A DNA stretch of 64,000 nucleotides from NCBI GenBank assembly GCA_024280265.1, contig JAJRQL010000056.1:803-64802 (forward strand). The letters run 5' to 3'. The first letter of the stretch is position 1; each line of letters begins with the position of its first letter. Made by a program: the position numbers and the translations under genes. The DNA is from Deltaproteobacteria bacterium. GTDB taxonomy: Bacteria; Desulfobacterota; Desulfobulbia; Desulfobulbales; Desulfocapsaceae. Shown here piece by piece: positions 31,278 to 41,864 of this stretch. The notes beneath the pieces were generated by a model, which did no database searches, was not told the DNA's origin, and saw only the letters and a program-made list of their open reading frames with translations.

Positions 31278-32984
31278 ATGAGCAGCAAACGATTTGTCCG
31301 TGATAAAAAACAGTGCATCGTCTACACGGACGATAGAATATGTAACTCAAAAAGAGAAGTGCTGCACAGTGACCTGTTTGAGGATATGGTGGGGTTGTTT
31401 GTCCGGGAACTGGTGTACAAGGATTCACTCCTGCTTTCCTCGATTGGTCTGGATTTGACAACCAGGAGCGATTTTCGGCATCTGCTGAATATACTGCGGG
31501 CACTTGACGAGCATTCGTTGGAGCAGCTTATCTCAATCCTGCCTGCAGCGGATGTTTTTCTTGAGCATTCAAGGCGTGCTGCTCTGCGCGAGTTTGTTGA
31601 ACAGCTATATGATCACTGGCGTTCCCGTGATCGTTATATGGTGCTTCTTGCAAAACCGGGCCCGGGAAACTGTCGTGGTCAGCGGCCTCACCGAGTTTTT
31701 AATGACACGCTCATAGGGCTGGGATATCATATCCGTTCTCTTTACCGGAATGTATGTGAAAATATCACCGGGGGGCATCCGCGAATTTACAGACACGTGG
31801 CAGCTGGATGTAAAGTAGGGCTTATCGCAGTCCCCGGCCACCGTGAGCTGCCTTCTTTTTACGGGAAGCTGCTGGGAGATATTCCTGTTGTCCGCCAAAT
31901 CTGGTTCACGCCGCCCATGATTCTCAGCTCAGCTGCAGGCAGGTACAGCGGTCAGTTCCAGAGGGCAGATACAAACCCTTTACACGGTCTTGTTTTGCTA
32001 CAGGGGGAGTGGTTGTGCTATCCTGCTCAAGTTGGATCTGTTGTTGTTTTTGTCTATTTTCATCAGCAGGTTATCGGGCTTGGGACAGCTCTTGCCAACC
32101 TCTTTGAACTGGCAACTGATGACCAGATTGCATCTGGCCCAGATGCGGTGTGTCTGTTTGGTGTGCCGTTGCAGCATATGGGGCAATTCAGTGACTCTCC
32201 CGCTGTTTTTTTTGACGATAAGGACAACAAATTGCTGGTGGCTGCAATCCCGTTTGAGGATAGTTCACACTCTTTTGTCTGCCTTAAAGATATGGTGTTC
32301 ACTCTGCACAATGTCATCATGATAAGGTCAGGCTGGCTGCCTTTTCATGGCAGTCTGGTCAGCCTGCGTTTCAGAAAAGAAGAGTACAGCTCGACGGTTC
32401 TTGTTATAGGGAACAGGAGGGAGGAGATCCTGGCGGCTGTGCGGAGTTTCGACTTCGGCGCTGTTGTTGAGATGAACAGTGTTACCGGCGACACCGGGTC
32501 TTTACGGATAAATGATACTGGCTCTGTTGTCGGTTATGGGACAGAGTGTGGAAGCCTACTTCGCCTTGATACGTTACAGGAAGACGATGCTGTTAAACAG
32601 ATGGACAGAGCCATCTTCATGAACCCTCTGACATCGGACGGCTGGGTACTGCTTCCGGTAAATACCATTGAAGAGGTGCTCAAGGGATATGGTCTGGACT
32701 TGCTGCTTTTTATAAGTGACCCCGAAGAAACGAGTGCGGCCAATCCCCCTGTAGAAATGCTTGAGGACAGCGAACAGGCGCTCAGGGTGTTTTGTGTACT
32801 CCACAACCATCTTTTCAGCTCTTCAGGTCTGCAGCAGTATGAAAGACTTTACGAAGAGCTCGCAGGTAACACTTTCCGTGCGGCATTGCAGTCAGGTTGC
32901 AAGATCGCTCATTTCCGAAGCGGTGGGAACTGGGTAGATGCTGCTGCGAGAGTCGTGATTGATCTGATTGAATCTGACATGTAA
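31278..32984 (+). CDS. hypothetical protein, 568 aa (possible HprK/PEPCK-like P-loop fold with degenerate Walker A)
   Basis: It is a long ORF with normal composition and the RBS ggagaacggt-ATG. The segment [14 protein letters not shown]....[17 protein letters not shown] resembles the LP.HGS..(n)..L..G.SG.GKS(E/T) layout of HPr kinase/PEPCK-type proteins, but the GKS/T is missing. The family assignment is tentative. Confidence 0.7.
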   Translation: MSSKRFVRDKKQCIVYTDDRICNSKREVLHSDLFEDMVGLFVRELVYKDSLLLSSIGLDLTTRSDFRHLLNILRALDEHSLEQLISILPAADVFLEHSRRAALREFVEQLYDHWRSRDRYMVLLAKPGPGNCRGQRPHRVFNDTLIGLGYHIRSLYRNVCENITGGHPRIYRHVAAGCKVGLIAVPGHRELPSFYGKLLGDIPVVRQIWFTPPMILSSAAGRYSGQFQRADTNPLHGLVLLQGEWLCYPAQVGSVVVFVYFHQQVIGLGTALANLFELATDDQIASGPDAVCLFGVPLQHMGQFSDSPAVFFDDKDNKLLVAAIPFEDSSHSFVCLKDMVFTLHNVIMIRSGWLPFHGSLVSLRFRKEEYSSTVLVIGNRREEILAAVRSFDFGAVVEMNSVTGDTGSLRINDTGSVVGYGTECGSLLRLDTLQEDDAVKQMDRAIFMNPLTSDGWVLLPVNTIEEVLKGYGLDLLLFISDPEETSAANPPVEMLEDSEQALRVFCVLHNHLFSSSGLQQYERLYEELAGNTFRAALQSGCKIAHFRSGGNWVDAAARVVIDLIESDM

Positions 32985-33036
32985 AAAAAATCGAAAAACA
33001 GTAAAAAACTACAGTACTATTAGGAGGAAATCGAAA

Positions 33037-33537
33037 ATGTCAAAAAAACCACTTGTTGGAATTCTTATGGGCAGTGACTCTGATTTGCCTGTCATGAAAA
33101 AAGCGGCGGCTGTTCTTGCTGAAATGGGAGTTGCCTGTGAAATGGATATCAGCTCGGCCCACAGGCTGCCGGACAAAACTGCTGAATATGCACGAAGTGC
33201 AAGAGAGCGTGGCCTTGAAGTACTTATTGCGGGTGCAGGAATGGCTGCACATCTGGCTGGCGTTGTTGCCGCCCATACCACACTTCCGGTGATCGGGGTG
33301 CCTCTTGCTTCCGGCGCCATGCAGGGAGTGGATGCCCTTCACGCGACGGTACAGATGCCCCCTGGAATTCCGGTGGCCACAGTGGCCATAGACGGATCAA
33401 AGAACGCGGCTTATCTGGCATGCGAAATTCTGTCGATTAAGTATCCGGAAATAACAGAGGCCCTTGGAAAATATCGGGAAGAAACCCGCCAGGCTCTGAA
33501 GGTGAAATCTGAGCAGCTGCGTCAGGGAAAAATATAA
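33037..33537 (+). CDS. purE: N5-carboxyaminoimidazole ribonucleotide mutase
   Basis: The start is taken at the internal ATG after aggagg ([20 protein letters not shown]). It has SAHR.P and [21 protein letters not shown]. Confidence 0.93.
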   Translation: MSKKPLVGILMGSDSDLPVMKKAAAVLAEMGVACEMDISSAHRLPDKTAEYARSARERGLEVLIAGAGMAAHLAGVVAAHTTLPVIGVPLASGAMQGVDALHATVQMPPGIPVATVAIDGSKNAAYLACEILSIKYPEITEALGKYREETRQALKVKSEQLRQGKI

Positions 33538-33571
33538 CAACATATCAAAAACAACCATAAGGAGAAGCACT

Positions 33572-36500
33572 ATGTCACGAAAAATGGTCACTATTGACGG
33601 TAATCAGGCCTGTACTCATGTCGCCTACAGTACCAGCGAAATCATCACTATTTATCTCATCACCCCATCCACATCCATTGCCGCGGAATCTGACGCCAAG
33701 TACAGTGCCGGCCAGAAAAATATTTGGGGATCGGTGCCGTTGGTCAGCCAGATGCAGTCAGAGGCAGGAGTTGCGGGAGCGTTGCACGGCTCCCTCACCA
33801 CCGGCGCTCTCTGTACCACATTTTCCGCCTCCCAGGGCTTGATGCTGCTGCTGCCAAATATGAATAAAATTGCCGGAGAGCTTACCCCGACAGTGTTTCA
33901 TATCACCGCCCGTGCCCTTGCTTATCAGGGGCTGTCCATCTTTGGAGATCACAGTGACATTATGGCTGCCCGTCAGACCGGCTGGGCCATGTTGGGTTCG
34001 CAGAATGTTCAGGAAGCGCAGGATATGGCGCTGATCTCCACTCAGGCCACCCTGAAATCCCGGATCCCCTTTATGCATTTTTTCGATGGATTCCGCACCT
34101 CAAGTGAAATCCAGAAGATTGAGCAGCTCAGTGAAGATGATATGCGGGCTATGATTGATGAGGATCTGATTATCGAGCACCGTTTGCGCGGTCTTTCCCC
34201 GGATCGCCCGATGATGCGCGGAACCGCTCAAAATCCCGATGTATATTTCACTGGCCGTGAGACCATCAATAAATATTACGAAGCAGTACCGGGTATTGTT
34301 CAGGAGACCATGGACAAGTTTGCCGAACTTACCGGTCGCAGTTATCACCTGTTTGATTATGTTGGTGCGGCCGATGCGACTGATGTTGTAATTATCATGG
34401 CCTCCGGTACCGAGACAGTTGCTGCTACGGTAGAACACCTGATTGGTCAGGGGAAAAAGGTCGGTATGGTAATTATCCGCCTCTTTCGCCCCTTTGATTC
34501 TAAAGCCATGGTTGCAACGCTGCCGGACACTGTAAAAAGAATCACAGTTCTTGATCGCAGCAAGGATCCTGGAGCAAACGGTGAACCCCTGTATCAGGAT
34601 GTACGTACCGCCGTTGGTGAAGCTCAGGATAGTGGCGTTCTGGCCACTGCCCCCGTTGTGCTGGGCGGCCGTTACGGACTGGGTTCTGCTGAATTCACTC
34701 CTGCCATGGTGAAGGCTGTTTTTGACAATATGGAAGCCGACAAAGGCAAAAATCGTTTCTGTGTCGGTCCCAACGATGATGTGGCTCTTACCAGTCTTGA
34801 CTTTGACCCCACCTTTGACATTGAAGGCGAAGGTGTGTTTCGGGCCATGTTCTTCGGACTTGGTGCCGATGGTACAGTTGGTGCCAACAAGAACACCATC
34901 AAAATCATCGGTACGGAAACCGACAATGCTGCCCAGGGCTATTTTGTATATGATTCCAAAAAGTCCGGCTCCATCACCACCAGTCATCTCCGTTTTGGTA
35001 AAGAGAAAATTCTTGCCCCGTATCTTATCAACAAGGCCAATTTTGTGGCCTGCCATAAATTTACCTTTCTTGATCAGTACGATATGCTGGCCAACCTTGA
35101 GGAGGGTGGAACATTTCTTCTCACCACCGATTTCGGCAAGGATGAGGTCTGGGATCATATGCCGGCCAGAGTTCAGCAGGATATCATTTCCAAAAAGATC
35201 AACTTTTATGTGATTGATGCCCTCACCCTGGCCACGGCTCTCGGGCTTGGTGCACGAATTAACATGATCATGCAGACAGCCTTCTTCCTGATCTCTGATA
35301 TTATCACTAAAGATGAGGCCATCCAGTCCATCAAGGCTGCCATCAAAAAGACCTATGGCAAGAAGGGCGACAAGGTGGTGAAGATGAACTACGACGCAGT
35401 GGATGCGGCGGTGAATAATATTGTTAAGGTAACCGTGCCGGATGCTGTTACCGGCCACGAAATCCCGCCAACTGTTCCTGATCACGCCCCGGATTTCGTA
35501 AAAGAAGTTACTGCAAAAATGATTGAGGGTAAGGGGAATACCATCAAGGTTTCCCAGATGCCAGCTGATGGTACCTGGCCCACGGGAACGACCCAGTATG
35601 AAAAACGAAACATTGCAGTACAGGTTCCTCTGTGGGATGCGGAAAGTTGTATTCAGTGTGGTCAGTGTTCCCTCGTCTGTCCCCATGCTTCCATCCGTAT
35701 GAAGATAGTCACCGAGGACAGCCTGGCAGGTGCTCCAGCTACCTTGCAGAGTGCAGATGCTGTGGGTAAACAGTTCAAAGGACGAAAGTTTATTATATCT
35801 GTTTCCACCGAGGATTGTAACGGCTGCAGCCACTGTTTTTCAGTCTGCCCTGCACGTAAAAAAGATGGAGACGGCAAGAAAACCGAAGAGCGGGCTCTTG
35901 CCATGCATGACAATGTTGAGGAAATTCGCGAACGTGAATCTGCAAATTATGCCTTCTTCCTCACTCTGCCGGAAGTGGACTATAATGAGATCACACCCGC
36001 CACCATTAAAGGCAGCCAGTTACTGCGCCCTCTTTTTGAGTATCCGGGAGCCTGTGTTGGCTGCGGTGAGACACCATATATCAAACTTGCCACCCAGCTC
36101 TTTGGTGACAGAATGATGATTGCCAATGCCACCGGTTGTTCTTCCATTTATGGCGGTAATCTGCCCACCACTCCTTACTGCAAACGTGATGACGGCCGCG
36201 GCCCCATCTGGTCAAACTCCCTGTTTGAAGATAATGCCGAGTTTGGTCTTGGCATGCGCCAGACCGTGAATAAGATGGCATCTCAGGCTGCCGAGCTCCT
36301 TGAGGGTGCGGTGACTGCCGGGCTGGTGAAACAATCCGAGATGGATGATCTGCTCAATGCCCCTCAGACCACTCAGATGGAGATCGAGGCTCAACGTGAT
36401 CGGGTGGCTACTCTCAAGGAAAAACTGGCTGGTAACAGCTTTCCAAAAGCCCAGCAGCTTATCCATGTGGCGGATAATCTGGTGAAGCGTTCGGTGTGGA

Positions 36501-37144
36501 TCTTTGGTGGTGACGGCTGGGCCTATGATATCGGCTATGGTGGTCTGGATCATGTCCTGGCATCCGGAGAAAACGTCAATGTCCTGATTATGGACACTGA
36601 GGTGTATTCAAATACCGGTGGGCAGATGTCCAAGTCCACTCCGCGTGCCGCCACTGCACAGTTTGCGGCGGGTGGTAAACGTATGCCCAAGAAGGATATT
36701 GGTATGATCTTTGCCACTTACGGCAATGTATACGTGGCCAAGGTAGCCATGGGTGCCAATCCGGCTCAGGTTGTCAAGGTATTTAACGAAGCCGAGTCCT
36801 ATGACGGCCCATCCCTTATTATTGCCTACTCCCACTGCATTAACCACGGAATTAATATGGCGCAGGGCCTGGAGCAGCAGAAAAAGGCGGTTGACTGCGG
36901 TCACTGGCCTCTGTATCGTTATAACCCTCGTCTTGAAGATGATGGAAAGAACCCTCTGGTTATTGATTCTAAGGCCCCGGCGTCAACTTTTGCCGATTAC
37001 GCCATGAATGAGAACCGTTATCGGGCACTCAAAATCACAAACCCAGACATGTTTGACGAGTTGATGGCTATGGCTCAGAAAGATGTGGAAAAGGGCTGGA
37101 AATTTCTCGATGGACGCTGTAAGTCTTTAGAGCCAGAAGCATAG
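33572..37144 (+). CDS. por: pyruvate:ferredoxin (flavodoxin) oxidoreductase, single-polypeptide type
   Basis: 1190 aa. It has two ferredoxin CxxCxxCxxxCP motifs (CIQCGQCSLVCP; CNGCSHCFSVCP), the TPP-binding GGDGWAYDIG and the overall PFOR/NifJ architecture. Confidence 0.95.
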   Translation: MSRKMVTIDGNQACTHVAYSTSEIITIYLITPSTSIAAESDAKYSAGQKNIWGSVPLVSQMQSEAGVAGALHGSLTTGALCTTFSASQGLMLLLPNMNKIAGELTPTVFHITARALAYQGLSIFGDHSDIMAARQTGWAMLGSQNVQEAQDMALISTQATLKSRIPFMHFFDGFRTSSEIQKIEQLSEDDMRAMIDEDLIIEHRLRGLSPDRPMMRGTAQNPDVYFTGRETINKYYEAVPGIVQETMDKFAELTGRSYHLFDYVGAADATDVVIIMASGTETVAATVEHLIGQGKKVGMVIIRLFRPFDSKAMVATLPDTVKRITVLDRSKDPGANGEPLYQDVRTAVGEAQDSGVLATAPVVLGGRYGLGSAEFTPAMVKAVFDNMEADKGKNRFCVGPNDDVALTSLDFDPTFDIEGEGVFRAMFFGLGADGTVGANKNTIKIIGTETDNAAQGYFVYDSKKSGSITTSHLRFGKEKILAPYLINKANFVACHKFTFLDQYDMLANLEEGGTFLLTTDFGKDEVWDHMPARVQQDIISKKINFYVIDALTLATALGLGARINMIMQTAFFLISDIITKDEAIQSIKAAIKKTYGKKGDKVVKMNYDAVDAAVNNIVKVTVPDAVTGHEIPPTVPDHAPDFVKEVTAKMIEGKGNTIKVSQMPADGTWPTGTTQYEKRNIAVQVPLWDAESCIQCGQCSLVCPHASIRMKIVTEDSLAGAPATLQSADAVGKQFKGRKFIISVSTEDCNGCSHCFSVCPARKKDGDGKKTEERALAMHDNVEEIRERESANYAFFLTLPEVDYNEITPATIKGSQLLRPLFEYPGACVGCGETPYIKLATQLFGDRMMIANATGCSSIYGGNLPTTPYCKRDDGRGPIWSNSLFEDNAEFGLGMRQTVNKMASQAAELLEGAVTAGLVKQSEMDDLLNAPQTTQMEIEAQRDRVATLKEKLAGNSFPKAQQLIHVADNLVKRSVWIFGGDGWAYDIGYGGLDHVLASGENVNVLIMDTEVYSNTGGQMSKSTPRAATAQFAAGGKRMPKKDIGMIFATYGNVYVAKVAMGANPAQVVKVFNEAESYDGPSLIIAYSHCINHGINMAQGLEQQKKAVDCGHWPLYRYNPRLEDDGKNPLVIDSKAPASTFADYAMNENRYRALKITNPDMFDELMAMAQKDVEKGWKFLDGRCKSLEPEA

Positions 37145-37247
37145 AGGAAGGGCATGACAGGAACAGGGCCGGAGAAATTGTTGCTTCCGGACCTGTTGTT
37201 CTGTTTATGTAGCCAATCAAAAAACTAGAAAAGGTGTAGCTGGAGTT

Positions 37248-39101
37248 ATGATGCATAAATTATTAACCGATGAGCCTGGGAAAAAGATGTTGCTTCTTGG
37301 CAACGAGGCCATTGCCAGGGGAGCTGTTGAGGCAGGAGTCGCAGTGGCTGCTGCCTATCCGGGAACCCCATCTTCTGAGATATCCCTGAATTTTTTTCAA
37401 ATGGCCCAGGAGAGTGATCTCTATTTTGAATACAGCGTCAATGAAAAGGTGTCTTTGGAAGTGGCTGCGGCAGCAGCTAATACAGGAGTACGTTCCATGT
37501 GTATCATGAAGCATGTGGGGCTGAATGTCGCCGCAGATGCCCTGATGACCCTTGCCTATGTGGGAGTGAGAGGTGGTCTTGTGATTCTGGTGGCCGATGA
37601 TCCCTCCATGTTCTCCAGTCAGAATGAGCAGGACAGCCGCTATTATGCAAAGCTTTCCGGTCTTGCCATGCTGGAACCTTCCACCATTGATGAAGCGAAG
37701 GAGATGACCATCCGGGCCTTTGAACTCTCGGAGCAACTGGAGGAACCCGTTCTTTTGCGAACCACCACCCGCATCAATCACTCAACAGCGGTTGTAACAC
37801 TGGCTGAGATCACTCCCCCGAAAACAGAGGGAGATTTCAGCAGAAACCCAATGCGCTACGTCACCGTGCCTGCGGTTTCACGCCAGCTCCATGTTCGTCT
37901 TCTTGCCAACCTTGCAAAGGCTGAGGAGATGGCCAGCCAGTCACCCTTCAACTTTTTTGAAGGCAATGGCCGCTGGGGCATTATCTGCAACGGCGTGAGT
38001 TATACCTATGTGTCCGATGCGGTGCGGGATCTTGGTCTTCAGGAAAAGGTTACCATCCTCCGTCTCGGTTTTTCCCATCCTCTGCCTAAGGAAATGGTGC
38101 ACACGTTTCTTGGTAACTGCGATCGAGTGCTTGTGGTGGAAGAAGGTGAGCCGGTGCTTGAAGAAACTGTCAAGGCAGTGGCCCAGGAAGGGGGAAAGAT
38201 GCTCCCTGTAGGTGGTAAAGGAGAAGGTTTGTTTTCCCGGCTCGGTGAATTTAACCCGGCACTTGTAAGAGCAAAAATTGCCAGCTGGTTTGCAATTGAT
38301 GATCCCCTTAAGTCCGTGACTGACTCGTCCGCACAAGCGGACCTGCCACCCAGGCCGCCAACTCTCTGTGCCGGATGTTCCCACCGGGCCACCTTCCATG
38401 CGGTGAAAAAAGCAGCAGAGGAGATGGATGTGATCTATCCTACCGATATCGGTTGTTATACCCTTGGTATGCTGCCGCCACTGGGAATGGCGGATTTTCT
38501 GATCTGTATGGGCTCATCCACCGGAACTGCTGCCGGTTTTTCCAAAACTCTGGATAAAAAGGTGGTCACCTTCTGTGGTGATTCCACCTTCTTTCATTCT
38601 GCCATGGCAGGGCTGGTTAATGCGGTATTTAACAAACATAATTTCACTCTGATTATTCTTGATAACGGCACCACGGCCATGACAGGGCATCAGCCTCATC
38701 CAGGTGTGGATATGGAAAAACACGGGCTTTCCGGTTTTGGCCGTATTGACATTGAAAAGGTGGTAAAAGCTCTCGGTGTTGGACATCTCTCTGTTATCCA
38801 CCCCTTTAAACTCAAAAAAAGTATCAAAGCATTACAGGAGGCCTTTGTTTTTGAGGGCGTATCGGTAGTTATTGCCAGAGAAATATGTACCCTTTACGGC
38901 AAGAGCCTGAAGCTGCCGAAGATGAAACCCTTCTTTGTCAGTGACAAATGCAAAAACCATAAGGATTGCATTGACCAGCTCGGCTGTCCCGCGTTTTTTG
39001 TGAAAGAAGGTAGGGTGAATATTGATCCTGACCGGTGTACCGGATGTGCTTTATGCGCTCAGGTCTGTCCGGAAAACGCTATCCGTCCTGTAAAAAAATA
39101 A
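37248..39101 (+). CDS. iorA: indolepyruvate:ferredoxin oxidoreductase alpha subunit
   Basis: 617 aa. It has LLLGNEAIARGA.EAG......YPGTPSSEI, a TPP domain (GDSTFFHS) and the C-terminal CTGCALCAQVCP. Confidence 0.88.
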   Translation: MMHKLLTDEPGKKMLLLGNEAIARGAVEAGVAVAAAYPGTPSSEISLNFFQMAQESDLYFEYSVNEKVSLEVAAAAANTGVRSMCIMKHVGLNVAADALMTLAYVGVRGGLVILVADDPSMFSSQNEQDSRYYAKLSGLAMLEPSTIDEAKEMTIRAFELSEQLEEPVLLRTTTRINHSTAVVTLAEITPPKTEGDFSRNPMRYVTVPAVSRQLHVRLLANLAKAEEMASQSPFNFFEGNGRWGIICNGVSYTYVSDAVRDLGLQEKVTILRLGFSHPLPKEMVHTFLGNCDRVLVVEEGEPVLEETVKAVAQEGGKMLPVGGKGEGLFSRLGEFNPALVRAKIASWFAIDDPLKSVTDSSAQADLPPRPPTLCAGCSHRATFHAVKKAAEEMDVIYPTDIGCYTLGMLPPLGMADFLICMGSSTGTAAGFSKTLDKKVVTFCGDSTFFHSAMAGLVNAVFNKHNFTLIILDNGTTAMTGHQPHPGVDMEKHGLSGFGRIDIEKVVKALGVGHLSVIHPFKLKKSIKALQEAFVFEGVSVVIAREICTLYGKSLKLPKMKPFFVSDKCKNHKDCIDQLGCPAFFVKEGRVNIDPDRCTGCALCAQVCPENAIRPVKK

Positions 39102-39121
39102 CCTCCCGAGAGAGACAAGAT

Positions 39122-39709
39122 ATGAATGTAACAAGATTAATGATCGTGGCTGTTGGCGGCCAGGGAAACCTCCTGGCAGCCAAGGTGCTGGGCGAGGCAG
39201 CTCTACTGGCTGATATCCCCTTCAGGATGAGTGAGATCCATGGCATGGCACAGCGCGGCGGCGTGGTGGAATCGGCCATGATTTTTGGAGATGCCAAAAG
39301 TTCTCTTATCTCCGATGGCGAAGCAGATATGCTGGCAGGTTTTGAACCCCTTGAGACCCTGCGGGCCCTTGGGAAATGCAATAAAAAAACAGTGGTTATT
39401 ACCAATTCCATGCCTCTGCCTCCCTTTGCTGCTGCTGTCGGGCAGTCGGCCTATCCGGGGCCCGATAAACTGCGGAAACTCATACTGGAGAAGGCAGGAA
39501 GTCTGAGCAGTTTTGACGCGACAACTCTTGCCATGGAAGCCGGCAATGTCATGGCGGTAAATATGGTTATTCTTGGCGCTCTGGCGGCCACTGGTCTGCT
39601 CCCGGTTTCTGCGGAACACATAAGAGATACAATTCGCAACAAGACCCGTAGGAACTTTGTGGAAGTGAACCTCAAGGCCTTTGAACTGGGATTTACCCAG
39701 CAGCATTGA
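39122..39709 (+). CDS. iorB: indolepyruvate:ferredoxin oxidoreductase beta subunit
   Basis: The start is taken at the ATG at 39122 (MNVTRLMIVAVGGQGNLLAAKVLGEAA). The protein is ~195 aa, has SEIHGMAQRGG and follows iorA. Confidence 0.85.
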   Translation: MNVTRLMIVAVGGQGNLLAAKVLGEAALLADIPFRMSEIHGMAQRGGVVESAMIFGDAKSSLISDGEADMLAGFEPLETLRALGKCNKKTVVITNSMPLPPFAAAVGQSAYPGPDKLRKLILEKAGSLSSFDATTLAMEAGNVMAVNMVILGALAATGLLPVSAEHIRDTIRNKTRRNFVEVNLKAFELGFTQQH

Positions 39710-39730
39710 AAGGGAAACAGGGAAAAAGCT

Positions 39731-41818
39731 ATGGTATTCAAAGGTATTTCTGTAACAGAATACGCAAAAACCGTGTCTCTGGAAAAGATAAGTGAAACAG
39801 CAGGTCGTCTTTCAAGCAACATTCAAAGCTTTTTTATCCGAAAAATGAAGGATGAACCCCTGGTATCCGCCTGTGACGAGGCGTTGGTTGAAGGGAAAGA
39901 TTCGCCGGATGATTTCCACTATGTTCTTATCTGGAACCGGGGGGTGATTGCCCATATGGTTGCAAGCCAGGCGTATGCAGATGGCAAAAGCGTTATTTTT
40001 GTCCACGACGGCAAAGATGCTGTGCCGGTGTTACGGGCCGGGGATTTTATCTTTACCGCACCATACTCTGCAACCCCAGAGCAGAAGGGGCGTGGAACCA
40101 GGCCTGATATAGAAGCCCTTGACTTGCTGAAATCATTTTTACAGTCGAATTCCATCGATCCCGGGCAGGTTGTGCTGCATCCGGGGTATGGGTTTAACTC
40201 AGAAGATCCTCTTTTTTTTGAGGCATTGGAAAAAAGGGGTCTTCGTTTTATTGGTGCCACCAGCAGGCATATCGATTTTATCGGCAACAAGGTCAATGCC
40301 AATAAGATTGCAGCCCAGACAGGTATAAAACCACCGGGTTCCAGTGGGAAGATTGAGACATCAGAACAGGCCCTGAGTTTTTTTCTGCAATGCCGAAAAA
40401 ATGGAATTAAACAAATAGTCTTAAAAGATGCTTATGGCGGTGGTGGTTCCGGGCAAAAACTCATTGAAGTTGATGATCCTCATGCTGAAACGGTGCTGCA
40501 GCAAACTGTTACTGAGTGGCTGGAAAAAGGAACCACATTCAGTGCTGATCAGTGGATTGAAAAAAGCAGGCACATCGAGATGCAGGTGATGGTGGACCAG
40601 GGGGGTAATGTTCGTTTTGGTGCCCCTCGTGACTGTACTATGCAGAGGGCAAAGCAGAAGATCATTGAAGAAACTGCCACCATAAGTCATGCCCAGGAAA
40701 TTGAGTTGCGGCAGGCGATCCATGACTATTTCAAAATGGTGGAGGAAAAACTCGAATCCCCTTATGTGGGACTGGCCACCTTTGAAATGTTGTATGAACC
40801 GGATAGTGATACTTTTAATTTTCTTGAGGTAAATACCCGTATTCAGGTGGAACATCCGGTTTCCGGGCATCAGGGAGGAATCCAGTTTATCAGAACACAG
40901 TTCGATATTACAAAAGGACAGAAACTGCAGGATCAGGAAAAACTTGATCGCAGGCGGAAAAAAGCAGGTGGGCATACCATTGAAGCGAGGATCTGTCTCG
41001 AAGCAGTTCTGGAAACGGCAATGATTAAGTTTATAAAGGAAATGCTCCATAAAGATGCTCTGACCCTTGGAGTGGGTGGAGATATTGACATTGGACTGCC
41101 GGAACGTGCCAATTCAACTTTTTACTTTGACAACCGTATCATGAGGGACAGGAAAGTTGATAATGGTCAGGGGCACTATGACACCATGGTCGGTCAGGTG
41201 GTTTCGCGGGGAATTGACAGGTCTGCCGCCATACATGAACTTGGACTGGCTGTTAAAGAACTGCAGATCTGCGGAGTTCCAAGTAATCTCGGACTTGTGA
41301 TAGCTATTTTGGAGGACCCCGAATTTAAGGGTGATCTTCATTCATCAAAGAGTGGAGTGGTCGGCCGGTTTATGGATGAAAAGATTGCTGAAAAGGATCT
41401 TCAGAAAAAGAATCGGGAACAATGGCAGCTTATCAAAGATAAACTCAAAAATAATCCGGAACAGATAACCGTTACGGATATGGTCAGGGTGATAGATTTG
41501 CCGCCGACTCCGCAAAAAACTGCAGTAAGGGATATAATTGACCTGTTTATACCACCCGAATCCAGGAACTATGAAAAATCATCCGGGGAAAGATCTTTTT
41601 CCATTGAGCCAGGTCTTATCAACAGAGATCTTTTTCGGTTTCTCAGCTGTTTTCAGGTAAGCAGAATCGACTCCTATCCGGAATCAGGCATGAAAATGTT
41701 TGTAATCCCAACGTCCATGGAAAATCCTTTTCGACTCTTTTGGGAATATTACACGGGTGAAAATCCATTTGAAATAAAGGCATGTTTGCAGGAAAGTCAC
41801 ACTCTTTCATGTTTCTGA
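39731..41818 (+). CDS. biotin-carboxylase-like ATP-grasp protein with N- and C-terminal extensions (695 aa); no recognisable BCCP or carboxyltransferase domain
   Basis: BC motifs are retained: NRG.IA, HPGYGFNSED, KDAYGGGGSGQ, HIEMQVMVDQGGN, PRDCTMQRAKQKIIEE, FLEVNTRIQVEHPVS and GHTIEARI. About 60 extra aa lie at the N-terminus and ~150-200 aa of unknown sequence at the C-terminus. Confidence 0.8.
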   Translation: MVFKGISVTEYAKTVSLEKISETAGRLSSNIQSFFIRKMKDEPLVSACDEALVEGKDSPDDFHYVLIWNRGVIAHMVASQAYADGKSVIFVHDGKDAVPVLRAGDFIFTAPYSATPEQKGRGTRPDIEALDLLKSFLQSNSIDPGQVVLHPGYGFNSEDPLFFEALEKRGLRFIGATSRHIDFIGNKVNANKIAAQTGIKPPGSSGKIETSEQALSFFLQCRKNGIKQIVLKDAYGGGGSGQKLIEVDDPHAETVLQQTVTEWLEKGTTFSADQWIEKSRHIEMQVMVDQGGNVRFGAPRDCTMQRAKQKIIEETATISHAQEIELRQAIHDYFKMVEEKLESPYVGLATFEMLYEPDSDTFNFLEVNTRIQVEHPVSGHQGGIQFIRTQFDITKGQKLQDQEKLDRRRKKAGGHTIEARICLEAVLETAMIKFIKEMLHKDALTLGVGGDIDIGLPERANSTFYFDNRIMRDRKVDNGQGHYDTMVGQVVSRGIDRSAAIHELGLAVKELQICGVPSNLGLVIAILEDPEFKGDLHSSKSGVVGRFMDEKIAEKDLQKKNREQWQLIKDKLKNNPEQITVTDMVRVIDLPPTPQKTAVRDIIDLFIPPESRNYEKSSGERSFSIEPGLINRDLFRFLSCFQVSRIDSYPESGMKMFVIPTSMENPFRLFWEYYTGENPFEIKACLQESHTLSCF

Positions 41819-41864
41819 ACAAAGCAAACCTCAACAATAAACTTTTTACCAGGATGTACAGTTT

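Noticed and set aside
34100-35833. 577-aa ORF on the minus strand
   Set aside because: It lies entirely antisense to the strongly conserved PFOR gene. It has a low-complexity, Gly/His/Ile-rich translation with no motif. This is a typical shadow ORF.
41687-41701. G-M-K-M-F in the C-terminal extension of the BC-like protein, resembling the (A/V)MKM biotinylation motif
   Set aside because: The flanking sequence lacks the beta-rich, Gly/Val-patterned biotinyl-domain context (..GD.V..GQ.L..IEAMKM..I.A). It is most likely coincidental and would need an HMM or structure check.
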